Assembly (NCBI GenBank): GCA_038087875.1
Contig: JAXLNO010000529.1
Span: 372,001-436,000, forward strand
Reading direction: 5' to 3'
Length of the DNA: 64,000 nucleotides
Origin: Malacoraja senta
Lineage: Eukaryota
The notes under the pieces are model-generated. The model saw only the letters and a program-made list of their open reading frames with translations. It ran no database searches and had not been told where the DNA came from. This document shows, piece by piece, positions 38,082 through 49,300 of this stretch. The position numbers were made by a program, and so were the translations under genes. Each line of letters starts with the position of its first letter. The first letter of the stretch is position 1.

Positions 38082-39683
38082 ATGGAGGACCACATGACAG
38101 GGCACAACAAGGAGAAGCGTTATGTGTGTGACGTGTGTGGCAAGGCGTGGCAGTGCCTGAGCAAGCTGGAGATCCACCGGCAGGTTCACACGGGAGAACG
38201 CCCCTTCGACTGCTCGGAGTGCGGCAAGAGCTTCAAGTCGCCGCCGGAACTGAAGGTGCACAGGCGCCTGCACACCGGGGAACGACCCTACACCTGCAGC
38301 GACTGCGGCAAGGGCTTCACCCGCTCCAGCAACCTGCTGTCCCACCAGCAAACTCACACCGGCGAGCGCCCCTACACCTGCAGCGACTGCGGCAAGAGCT
38401 TCATCCAGTCCTGCAACCTGCTGGTGCACCAACGCACCCACACCAGCGAGCACCGCTACACCTGCAGCGACTGTGGCAAGGGCTACATGTCGTCGCTGGA
38501 ACTGAAGGTGCACAGGCGCCTGCACACCGGGGAACGACCCTACACCTGCAGCGACTGCGGCAAGGGCTTCACCCAGTCCGGTCACCTGCTGTACCACCAG
38601 CGCATCCACACCGGCGAGCGCCCCTACACCTGCGCCCAGTGCGGCAAAGGCTTCACCCGCTCCAGCACCCTGCAAGTGCACCAGCGCACCCACACAGGCG
38701 AGCGCCCCTACACATGCACCCAGTGCGGCAAGGGCTTCACCCACTCCAGCAATCTGCTGTCCCACCAGCGCACCCACACCGGCGAGCGCCCCTACACCTG
38801 CGACCTGTGCGGCAAGGACTTCGCCCACTCCGGCAATCTGCTGTCCCACCAGCGCACCCACACCGGCGAGCGCCCCTACACCTGTACCCAGTGCGGCAAG
38901 GGCTTCACCCAGTCCGGTCACCTGCAGTCCACCAGCGCACCCACACTGGTGAGCGACCCTACACCTGCACCCAGTGCGGCAAGGGCTTCACCCAGTCCGG
39001 CACCCTACTGAGGCACCAGCGCACCCACACAGGGGAGCGCCCCTACACCTGCACCCAGTGCGGCAAGGGCTTCACCCACTCCAGCACCCTGCTGAGGCAC
39101 CAGCGCACCCACACAGGGGAGCGCCCCTTCACCTGCACCAAGTGCGGCAAGGGCTTCACCCGCTCAACCTATCTGCTGTCCCACCAGCTGGTGCACGCCG
39201 GCGACTGTCCCGTCCCCAGCCCGGTGTGTGGAGAGCGCTTTACCATGGCCTCCCACCCCCTGTCTCACCAGGGCGTGCACAAAAGTGGCCAGCCCTACGA
39301 CTGCCCGTACTGCGGTAAGGAGTTTGACAGCTCGCGGGGGTTGCGGCAGCACCGACGGACCCACGCCGGCGAGCAGCTGCTCCCACTGTGACAAGAGAGC
39401 ATGGGGGCTGCGGGAGCACCAGCGGTTACACACCGGAGAGAGACCCTTTGTGTGCGCTGAGTGTGGCAAGGGTTTCACCAGCATGTCCAGCCTGTGGGAG
39501 CACCGGCGTACCCACAGCGGTGAGCGTCCCCTCCCCTGCCCGTCCTGTGGAAAGGGCTTCACCCGCCTTGACCAACTGCTGGAGCACCAATGAGTCCACA
39601 CCGGCCAGCACCCCTTCACCTGCCCGCTCTGTGGCAAGGCCTTTGCCCGCTCCTCCAGCCTGCTTGCGCACCGTTGCTTTTAA
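38082..39683 (+). pseudogene. KRAB-less tandem C2H2 zinc-finger gene (about 19 fingers), frameshifted; may still encode a truncated protein of about 10 fingers
   Basis: CxxC...HxxxH fingers with TGERPY linkers; acceptor cctgcag| at 37964; ATG at 38082; frameshifts near 38929 and 39390; TGA at 39591. Confidence 0.92.
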
Positions 39684-40521
39684 ATCTGCTGAAAAACAGA
39701 AAGCAGTCACATTTAAAAGATAATTTTCTCAGCAGAATAAAGTTATGGAAATCTTTGAAGCTTGGTTTGTGCTAATCATTGAAACAATGTATTGGCAATG
39801 TATTAACATAGAGATGTATTGTCTGGGCATAGCACCATATTAGATATGTGTCTGAACTGCCTGTCCCAGCTAAGGACAAGGTAGTGGCTTTCATCCAAGT
39901 CTTACAAGCTTGTTTTAGTTCACAGACGGATGCCCATTCTGGAACCAAGATGGAAGTCATTTGAAAACAAAATGGAGTTAGTTGTCCTTCCGGAATGGGC
40001 AGCTGTACTGAAGCTGTGCCTAGATTTGAGAATAAGGCTGACATTGCAAATATATGGGTCCAGCCTCCCTTGTTTCCCTTAGGCTACGGATCTTTCACAG
40101 ATTTAGGTGTGTTTTATTGATAAGAAAATGTATAATTACACAAACTTTCCTTAGTTCTTTGAGTGCAGCCCGATAAGCATTGAGCAACGTGTGTGCTCTT
40201 TGTAGATCTCGCCACTCCCCTCTGGCAAATTGATTAAAAGATTGCTTTGGTTTACTTTTAACAATTTTGTTGCTGTCTGCTTTCTTTAAGAGACGAACTT
40301 TGACAACTGTGCTCTTTGGAATTCTTCAGAATTAAGGTTGCACTATCAATAATGAAAGAAAATGCCAACCATCTCCAGAAATGATAAGAGATTATGCTCG
40401 CCTCCATGCATATTTGTCGCCGTAGGGCAGTCGCACACCTCCCCACCACTTCAAAGATAGTTCCTGCACTTGGCAATATCGGTTGGTGTTTGGCGGTAGC
40501 AGGGCGACAGGCAGCCCGGCA

Positions 40522-40876
40522 CCCGGGTGAATCACCCCATTGTGGGGGTCCGGGGGTGGGAGGGTGAATCACCCCATTGTGGGGGTCCGGGGAGTGGGGG
40601 GGTGAATCACCCGATGTGGGGACCGGGGGAGGGGTGGTGAATCAGCATGGTGTGGGTCGGGGGGTGAATCACTCCAGTGTGAGGGTCCGGAGGGTGGGGG
40701 GTGAATCACCACGGTTTGTGCGTCAGGGGGGGTGAAGCACCCCATTGTGTGGGTCGGGGGGCGGGTGAATCACCCCATGTGGGGGCCGGGGGGGGGGGTG
40801 AATCACCATGGTGTGTGGGTCGGGGGGGGTGAATCCCTCCAGTGTGTGGGTCGGGGAGGGGGGTGAATCACCCTGG
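40522..40876. repeat. G-rich minisatellite (unit about 30-35 bp) with palindromic gtgaatcac core
   Basis: About 11 recurrences of ggtgaatcac or close variants. Confidence 0.88.
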
Positions 40877-41033
40877 TAGGGGGGTCGTGGTGCCGGTGCA
40901 GCTCGATCAGCGACTCTGGGTGGGTGGAGGGACCAGACTGTCACCAACTCTGCTGCAGGTGACGGGGATGTTGCCGGGTTTATGGTCCCGTGTGTCCGCT
41001 GCTCGGAGCCGCGGCCCCGCTCCACCCGGCCCC

Positions 41034-41073
<40 letters not shown>

Positions 41074-41105
41074 TGCCGGCCCACTGCCCATGACAGTGCG
41101 CTGGG

Positions 41106-41428
41106 AGCCAGGCCAGCTTGGGGGAGTAAGGGGAATGGGAGGTAGCCATCTTGGGGGAGTAAGGGGGTTGGTAGGTAGTCAGCTTGGGGAGTAAGGGGAA
41201 TGGGAGGTAGCCAGCTTGGGGGAGTAAGGGGAATGGGAAGTAGGCAGCTTGGGGAAGTAAGGGGAATGGATGGGAGGTAGCCAGCTTGGGGGAGTAAGGG
41301 GAATGGGAAGTAGCCAGCTTGGGGGTGTAAGGGGATAGGAGGTAGACAACTTGGGGGTGTAAGGGGAATGGGAGGTAGTCAGCTTGGAGGAGTAAGGGGA
41401 ATGGGAGGTAGCCAGTTTGGGGGAGTAA
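41106..41428. repeat. G-rich minisatellite, unit about 33 bp
   Basis: agccagcttgggggagtaaggggaatgggaggt repeated about 10 times. Confidence 0.9.
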
Positions 41429-42224
41429 GTGACAGGCGGAACTAATAGCCCCGCAACACCATTGCTGCCACGTGGAGCAAAGGACAAATGACATTTATTT
41501 GTCACGTACACCAATTGGTGTAGTGAAATTTGTCTTGCCATGCAGCACACAGATAAATGATAAGACACAACATTAAAGAATTTAACAATGAACATAAAAA
41601 CATCCCCCCACAATGGTTCCCATTATGAGGGAAGGCACAAAGTCCAGTCCCCATCCCATGTCCACCCATAGTCGGGCCTATTGAGGTCGCCGCTACGGGG
41701 CCCGATGTTTCAGGTCCTTCTTCGCCGGGTGATGGTGCTCCGGCGTCGGGAGAATCCTCTCAGCGGCTTGGGACACCTGGAACGACCGCTTCCTTACTGT
41801 ACACCGTGGCTTCCGAAGCCGACAGGCCGCGCTGGATGGAGCTCCACTGATGGCGATCTCGGCGAGAGATCCCAGGCTCCCGTTGTTAAAGTTCAGCGCC
41901 GCCGCCCGCAGACCCGCAGCTCCGCGATGTTTCACCTGCGGCCTTCAGCTCACCGGAGTCCCAGCGCGGCGTCCCGGGCAAGGCATCGCCCGCTCCGCTC
42001 CGCGATAGCGCTCCAGCGCTGTGCCGCCGCCGTAGCCGAGGGTCTGGGCGGCCCCCGACACGATCCCCTCTCTCTCTCCCCCCCCTCTCCTCTCACCCCC
42101 CCCTTTCACTCCCCCCCTCTCTCTTCCCCCTCTCCTCTCTCCCCCCCTCTCCCTCCTCTCTCCTCTCTCTCTCTCCACCTCCTCTCTCTCATTCCCCTTA
42201 CCCCCCTTTTCTCCCCCTTTCCAC

Positions 42225-42546
42225 AGGAGCAGCTGGTTGACCTCAGGACCATCCTGGAGACAGAACATCTTGGACAGGACGTGGAGAGATGTCGTCGCGT
42301 GGATGTCCAGCACGAGAGAAGGTGGTTCCTCGAGGTAGGGAATGAGACGGTGCTGTGAGACTCAAGAATGGAGGTTGATGAGGGGAAGTATAGGGGACAG
42401 AATAGGCAGCGAGGAAGGCAGAACTGCTTAAACCGGAGACAGACACCACCTTCTCTCGTGCTGGGCATGCATGCGACGACCGCTCTGCACGTCCTGTCCA
42501 AGATGTTCTGTCTCCAGGATGGTCCTGAGGTCAACCAGCTGCTCCT
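42225..42546. repeat. Inverted repeat: 102-bp arms (42225-42326 and 42445-42546), 118-bp spacer
   Basis: Arms are reverse complements with about 6 mismatches. Confidence 0.93.
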
Positions 42547-42714
42547 CGTTCCCTAACGTGGACTTTAACGAGCTGCACCTGGTCACATGTGTGTGGTGGT
42601 CATCAGATATCTGCAGTCCCTCCCCCCAACCACTGACCTTCCCCCCTCCCACTGCCCCTCCCCCCCACCCACTGCCCCCCCACCCACTGCCCCTCCCCCT
42701 TTTCCCACCCACTG

Positions 42715-43416
42715 AGGAGAGAGAGAGTAGGGGGGTAGAGAGAGAGAGGGGAGAGAGGGAGGGAGAGGGAGAGAGGGAGGGAGGGAGAGGGAGGGAGAGG
42801 GGGTAGAGGGGGGAGAGAGAGAGGGGGGAGAGAGAGAGGGGGGGAGAGAGAGAGGGGGGGGAGAGAGAGGGGGGGAGAGAGAGAGGGGGGAGAGAGAGAG
42901 GGGGGGAGAGAGAGAGGGGGGGGAGAGGGGGAGAGAGGGGGGGAGAGAGAGAGAGAGGGGGAGAGAGTGAGAGGGGAGAGAGAGAGAGGGGAGAGAGAGA
43001 GAGGGGGATAGAGAGAGAGGGGGGAGAGAGAGAGAGGGGGGAGAGAGAGGGGGGGGAGAGAGGGGGAGAGAGAGAGAGAGGGGGGTAGAGAGAGAGGGGG
43101 GAGAGGAGAGAGAGAGGGGGGAGAGAAGGAGAGAGGGAGAGAGAGAGAGAGAGGGGGAGGGGGAGAGACAGAGAGTGGGGAGAGAGAGAGGGGGGATAGA
43201 GAGAGGGGGAGAGAGAGAGAGGGAGAGAGAGAGGGGGAGAGAGAGAGGGGGAGAGAGAGAGAGAGAAGGGAGAGAGAGAGAGAGGGGGGGAGAGAGAGAG
43301 AGGGGGGAGAGAGAGAGGAGGGGAGAGAGAGAGAGAGCGGGGAGAGAGAGAGAGGGGGAGAGAGAGAGAGAGAGAGGGAGAGAGAGGGGGGGAGAGAGGG
43401 GAGAGAGAGAGAGTGG

Positions 43417-43447
<31 letters not shown>

Positions 43448-44060
43448 AGAGAGAGAGAGAGAGGGGGGAGAGAGAGGGAGAGAGAGAGAGAGAGAGGGGG
43501 AGAGAGAGAGAGAGGGGGAGAGAGAGAGGGGGAGAGAGAGAGAGAGGGGGGAGAGAGAGAGTGGGGAGAGAGAGGGGGAGAGAGAGGGGGAGAGAGAGAG
43601 AGAGGGGGAGAGAGAGAGAGAGGGGGAGAGAGAGTGAGGGGAGAGAGAGAGAGGGGGAGAGAGAGAGAGAGGGGGGAGAGAGAGGAGAGAGGGAGAGAGA
43701 GAGGAGGGGGAGAGAGAGAGAGGGGGAGAGAGAGAGGGGGAGAGATAGAGAGAGGGGGGAGAGAGAGAGAGGGGGGAGAGAGGGGGGGGCAGAGAGAGAG
43801 GGGGGGGCAGAGAGAGAGAGAGGGGAGGGAGAGAGAAGGGGGAGAGAGAGAGAGAGGGAGAGAGACAGGGGAGAGAGAGAGAGAGAGAGGGGGGGATAGA
43901 GGGGGGAGAGAAGAGGGAGAGAGAGAGGTGGGGGAGAGAAGAGGGGAGAGAGAGAGGGGGGAGGGGGGAGTGTGTGAAGGGGAGGGGAGGAGGGGGCGGA
44001 GTGGGGGAGTGGGAGAGGGGGGGTGTGAGGGGGGCAAGGGGGGGAGGGGGGAGGAGGAGG
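42715..44060. repeat. 1.3-kb near-pure purine (G/A) tract
   Basis: Directly visible. Confidence 0.97.
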
Positions 44061-44204
44061 GTCTCTAGTCGTGTCCATGAAGCTGTGACTGGAACATCGA
44101 TCAGATGGGCAAGTCTAGACAACCTTCACCTCACTGTCGTACAGCACAGAAATCTGGCCCTTTGGCCACTGTGACCACACACTGGTCACTGTGGTCACTG
44201 ATCT

Positions 44205-44256
44205 CTGGATACAGGCTGTTTCTGCAGAGGCGAGGGTTTGTATCCCACCACTGCCC
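44205..44256 (+). pseudogene. tRNA-Leu-derived fragment (anticodon arm to 3' end)
   Basis: ctggatacaggctgtttctgcagaggcgagggtttgtatcccaccactgcc resembles vertebrate tRNA-Leu CTGGATTAAGGCTCCAGTCTCTTCGGAGGCGTGGGTTCGAATCCCACCGCTGCCA (recalled). Confidence 0.6.
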
Positions 44257-44304
44257 ACGGTGTGTGGGTCAACCACACCACTGTGGCCACTGCACCCGCA
44301 CACT

Positions 44305-44358
44305 GGGCAGTGGTGGGATTCAAACACTCGCCTCTGCGGAGACTGAGCCTGGATCCAG
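44305..44358 (-). pseudogene. tRNA-Leu-derived fragment, inverted partner
   Basis: Reverse complement reads ctggatccaggctcagtctccgcagaggcgagtgtttgaatcccaccactgcc. Confidence 0.65.
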
Positions 44359-44362
44359 AGAT

Positions 44363-44888
44363 CAGTGTGTGGCCACAGTGACCAGTGTGTGACCGCAGTG
44401 ACCAGCGCGTGGCCGCAGTGACCAGTGTGTGAGCACAGTGACCAGTGTGTGAGCGCAGTGACCAGCGTGTGGCCGCAGTGACCAATGTGTGACCGCAGTG
44501 ACCAGTGTGTGGCCGCAGTGACCAGTGTGTGGCCGCAGTGACCAGTGTGTGGATGCAGTGACCAGTGTGTGGCCGCAGTGACCAGTGTGTGGCCGCAGTG
44601 ACCAATGTGTGACCGCAGTGACCAGTGTGTGGCCGCAGTGACCAGTGTGTGGCCGCAGTGACTAGTGTGTGGCCGCAGTGACCAGTGTGTGGCCGCAGTG
44701 ACCAGTGTGTGGGTGCAGTGACCAGTGTGTGGGTGCAGTGACCAGTGACCAGTGTGTGGCCACAGTGACCAGTGTGTGACCGCAGTGACCAGTGTGTGGC
44801 TGCAGTGACCAGTGTGTGGGTGCAGTGACCAGTGTGTGGGTGCAGTGACCAGTGTGTGGCCGCAGTGACCAGTGTGTGGCCGCAGTGA
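44363..44888. repeat. 20-bp minisatellite (cagtgaccagtgtgtggccg)n, about 26 units
   Basis: Directly visible. Confidence 0.96.
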
Positions 44889-44925
44889 GTTAAGGGTTAA
44901 GGGTTAAGGTTGAGGGTTGGGGTTG

Positions 44926-45540
44926 ACAATAGACAATAGGTGCAGGAGTAGAGGCCATTCACCCTTCGAGCCAGCACCGCCATTCAATGTGATCATGGCT
45001 GATCATCCCCAATCAGTACCCCGTTCCTGCCTTCTCCCCATATCCCCTGACTCCACTATTTTTAAGAGCCCTATCTAGCTCTCTCTTGAAAGTATCCAGA
45101 GAACCTGCCTCCACCGCCCTGTGAGGCAGAGAATTCCACAGAACCACCACTCTCTGTGAGAAAAAGTGTTTCCTCATCTCCGTTCTAAATGGCTTACCCT
45201 TATTCTTAAACTGTGTGTGGCCCCTGGTTCTGCACTCCCCCAACATCGGGAGCATATTTCCTACCTCTAGCGTGTCCAAGCCCTTAACAATCTTATATGT
45301 TTCAATGAGATGCCCTCTCATCCTTCTAAACTCCAGAGTGTACAAGCCCAGCTGCTCCATTCTCTCAGCATATGACAGTCCCGCCATCCCGGGAATTAAC
45401 CTTGTAAACCTACGCTGCACTCCCCCAATAGCAATAATGTCCTTCCGCAAATTAGGGGACCAAGACTGCACACAATACTCCAGGTGTGGTCTCACAGGGC
45501 CCAGTACAACTGTAGAAGGACCTCTTTGCTCCTACATTCC
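44926..45540 (-). mobile_element. CR1 3' end
   Basis: [18 protein letters not shown]...GYGEKAGTGY*. Confidence 0.92.
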
Positions 45541-46307
45541 ATTCCTCTTGTTATTTCATTACAGCGCCAGAGACACGGGTTCTGTACGGAGTTTGCACCT
45601 TCTACCGGTGACCAAGAGGGTTTTCTCAGAGATCTTCACTTTCCTCCCACACTCCAAAGATGTGCATGTTTGTAGGTTAATTGACTTGGTATAAATGTAA
45701 CATTGTCCCTAGTCTGTGTAGGATAGTGTTAATGTGCGGGGATCGCTGGTCGGTGCAGACTCGGTGGGCCAAAGGGCCTGTTTCCGCGCTGTATCCCTAA
45801 ATGTGAAACTTACCAAGTCACATGAAGTGTTCTCCCCGACACTGCCCCTGATACTGTGCCCTTTACCATGGACATTGAAACGCTGTGCACAAACAGAAAC
45901 AGATAGGAGCATACAGGCAGTTCAAATATCTGGAGAAATACACCATGACAAAACCAGATACTACTTTAACTGACAAAAAATACTTTGAATTAAATGAGAC
46001 GTACAAGTAAAGGAACAGTAGTGAAGTTTGGCCAGTTTATGCAACATTTGGCAGAATGGGAAGACAGTCTATCCCTGGCAGACTCTTCCTGCATCAGAGG
46101 ACCCAGTCTTTGGAGATCCTGGGTGGAAACTAACACTAATTGGTCACCCCTTTAGAAAGGAGCAGAGAGGAGAGGAAATGGATTCTGGCAACAGACACAA
46201 ACATACTAAACCAATATAGATTTAGACCAATTCCAAACATAGCTGCAGTTGGATGAATGGAAGGGGCAAGATTACTTAATTGTAATGATTTAAAAACAAG
46301 TGTCATG

Positions 46308-49300
46308 TGTAGATTGATGATGCATGTGAATCAATCACACTTAGTTGGCATCACTAACTCCACCCCATTATAACAATTATACTAACGCCCATTCCCAGCA
46401 CCGTTAGTTGAAGCAGCCAGGATGAACTGACAACACCTAAACCTGTAATGCTGCTAAGTTAATGTGCTGAATAAAGATGTGTGTAAATCTTATATGCTTT
46501 GAAGTGATTTACATGGCGTCAGATGTGGTCACACCCACTCCTCTTGTACAACGGTTTTTATTTTCTATTTTGTGAGTATTGCTTTACTTCACGATGGCTT
46601 CTTCTTGTCGGAAGCCTGAGCATCTTGTCTTTGATGCCGATATCAGCGAACGCTGGGCCACGTTTGAAATTGATTACCAGCACTACATCAACATTGTACA
46701 CCGAAATGAACAGATGCTGTTAAGGCTTCTCTTCTGCTCAACCTTGCGGGACCTGGTGCCCTTCGTCGATCCAGAACATTCCGCTATGCTCCGGCTATCC
46801 TTGATGCCCAGGGCCAGGTAATTACACCGGCGGAGTCTCCCGCCGACCCTAATGTTTTGCTGCGTGAACTGGCTCAGATCTGTGACCTGCCCTCAAATCA
46901 CATTTTGGACAGGGCGAGGTTTTTCTCTCGTCGTCAACTTCCCGGGGAACGAGCGGATGCATATATTTCCTCTTTGATGTATCTAGCACAACGTTGTCGA
47001 TTTCAGGAAATGCCTGTGGATCAGTTGACTGATCAGTTAACGAGGGATATTTTAGTGAATGGTATCACCGATCAAAAGCTCAGATCAGAGCTATGGAGAC
47101 GGCCAGAGTTGTCGCTAAACAACGCAGCGCATGCGTGTAGAACGGCTGAACTTGTTGATCCTATAGACATTCCACATGAAAGCAATACCATCAATCTGAT
47201 GGGCCTCACTAGGCAGCGGACATACAGAGATAACAGCCGATCTAAGATCCAAGATAGCCAGGCAGCTCTCAGCGTTCCTTCACAGAAATGTCCTAACTGC
47301 GGCTATATACACAGCAGGCAATCCACCTGCCCCGCCCTCGGGAAGGCTTGTAATTACTGCAAAAAGCTAAATCACTTTGCCTCAGCCTGTCGGGCTGCTA
47401 TCAGGGCCCGAGGAAGGAATGTGCCCAGTCCTAGGTCTAATCTCAATTTTTTGCAACGAGATAGTAACACATTGACTCCCCATTTCCAGCTCGACGCCGC
47501 CCCCGAATGTACTTCATTTGACTCGCAAGAGGATCCTACTGTTTACATGTTACAGAATGCTGCTGCCAAGAACTCTGATCCTACAGTTACGATATCTGTA
47601 AACAATGTTGCTTTTGGCGCGAAACTTCACACGGGGGCATGAGTCAATACAATGTCAATTAACCTTTTTAACAGGATCAGGGCTAACGAGCCACTTGTCC
47701 AGGACGCGTCCACTTTGCATGCTTTTGGCGGGGAGGTGCTATTTCCTCTGGGCAAAGCCGACTTGAAATGTGTACTGAAGAAAACAACTAGGGAATTGAC
47801 TTTCCATGTGCTGAACTTTAATTCGGTTACCCTGCTTGGCAATCGTGCCTGTCAGGAACTAGGGCTGATTTCCTTTGACAAAACTGTCCACAAACTGCAA
47901 GTTTCCTTTGATCCACTGAGTGACTTCCCTGGTCTTTTCGACAAGAACATAGGCAAGTTGCCTGTGTCCTACAAGATTACAATCGACCCCGACGTGACAC
48001 CCGTTGTCCGAAACCCACACAGATTGTCATTTGCCATGACTGACAGGGTTCACTCTATGCTGAAGGACATGGTCTCCAAAGGCGTAATTGAAGCCGTCAG
48101 TGACCCCACCGACTGGGTCTCAACCATGATTGCCACAGTCAAGAAGGGAAAGGATGAAATCCGCCTGTGCATTAATCCAAAAGACCTGAACACTGCCATT
48201 AAGCGCCCACGCCATCCCATGAAGACAGTAGAGGATGTTGCAGCAAAGATCGGAACGGCCTCCCTATTTTCCGTCCTAGATGCAAAGAACTCATTCTGGC
48301 AGATACCGCTGGAAAAGAGGTCATCAAACCTCACTACATTTGCTACCCCATTCGGCAGATTTAAGTTTTTGAGAATGCCATTCGGGATCAACTCTGACAG
48401 CGAAGTCTTCCAAAGAACTATGGAACAATTGTTCGAGGGTCTGCCTTGTGCCATTATTGTCGATGATATTCTGGTCTATGGCAAGGACGCGGCGGAACAT
48501 GACCACAATCTCAGGCTCATTTTGGAGCGTGCTGTCCAGATCAACCTCAAACTCAATCCTGACAAGTGCAAGTTCAGGGTTCCAGAGGTCTCCTATGTCG
48601 GCCACATCTTCACCCCTGACGGCCTCAAACCGGATCCGAAGAAGACTTCTGCCATCACAGAAATGCCTGCACCTACTGACGTGAAAGACCTGCAACGTTT
48701 CTTGGGTATGGTAAACTATCTCGGAAAGTTCATACCTAACCTCAGCGAATTAAGCTCCACATTGCGGCAGCTGACAAAAAAGGACACTGCATGGTCATGG
48801 TTCCAGCAACATCAGGATGCCTTCGATGTTCTGAAATCAAAACTGACTAGTGCACCGACCCTGACTTTTTTCGACCTGAAACGTCCGGTGGTGATCACCT
48901 GCGATGCCTCGAAATTCGGGCTCGGCGCAGCCTGCCTACAACCGTCTGATGGTACCCTACTACCCGTCGCGTATGCCTCTCGCACCATGACCGACCCGGA
49001 GCAGCACTACGCGCAAATCGAAAAGGAACTGCTGGCGGTCGTCTTTGCCTGCTCCAAATTCCACGACTTCGTCTTTGGCAACACGTTCATGGTTGAGACG
49101 GATCACCAGCCACTGGTGACAATCTTGAACAAGCCTATCCACGCCGCCCCAGCTCGTTTGCAGCGCATGATGATGCAGCTGCAGCGGTACGACTTCTCTA
49201 TTACCTACAAAAAGGGCAAGGACATGCATGTCGCTGACACTCTCTCTAGTGCCCCTCGAACATCTTGCGAACAACACCCACACGAACAGGAGGATTTCAC

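Noticed and set aside
37968..38921. 317-aa hydrophobic Ala/Gly/Val repeat protein on the minus strand
   Set aside because: Antisense shadow of the zinc-finger array
39720..40520. Transposase or gene fragment after the zinc-finger array
   Set aside because: No recognisable motif in the frames I translated, and multiple stops
42428..44122. Long Ser/Leu/Pro or Glu/Arg/Gly ORFs (also near 3569-4282, 14738-15252, 29272-30763, 31597-32230 and 36732-37269)
   Set aside because: Stop-free translation of GA/CT low-complexity tracts
44205..44358. Functional tRNA genes
   Set aside because: The 5' acceptor strand and D arm are missing and the T-loop (GTTCGA) is mutated
44889..44925. True interstitial telomere
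   Set aside because: Only about five degenerate units and no run of perfect TTAGGG
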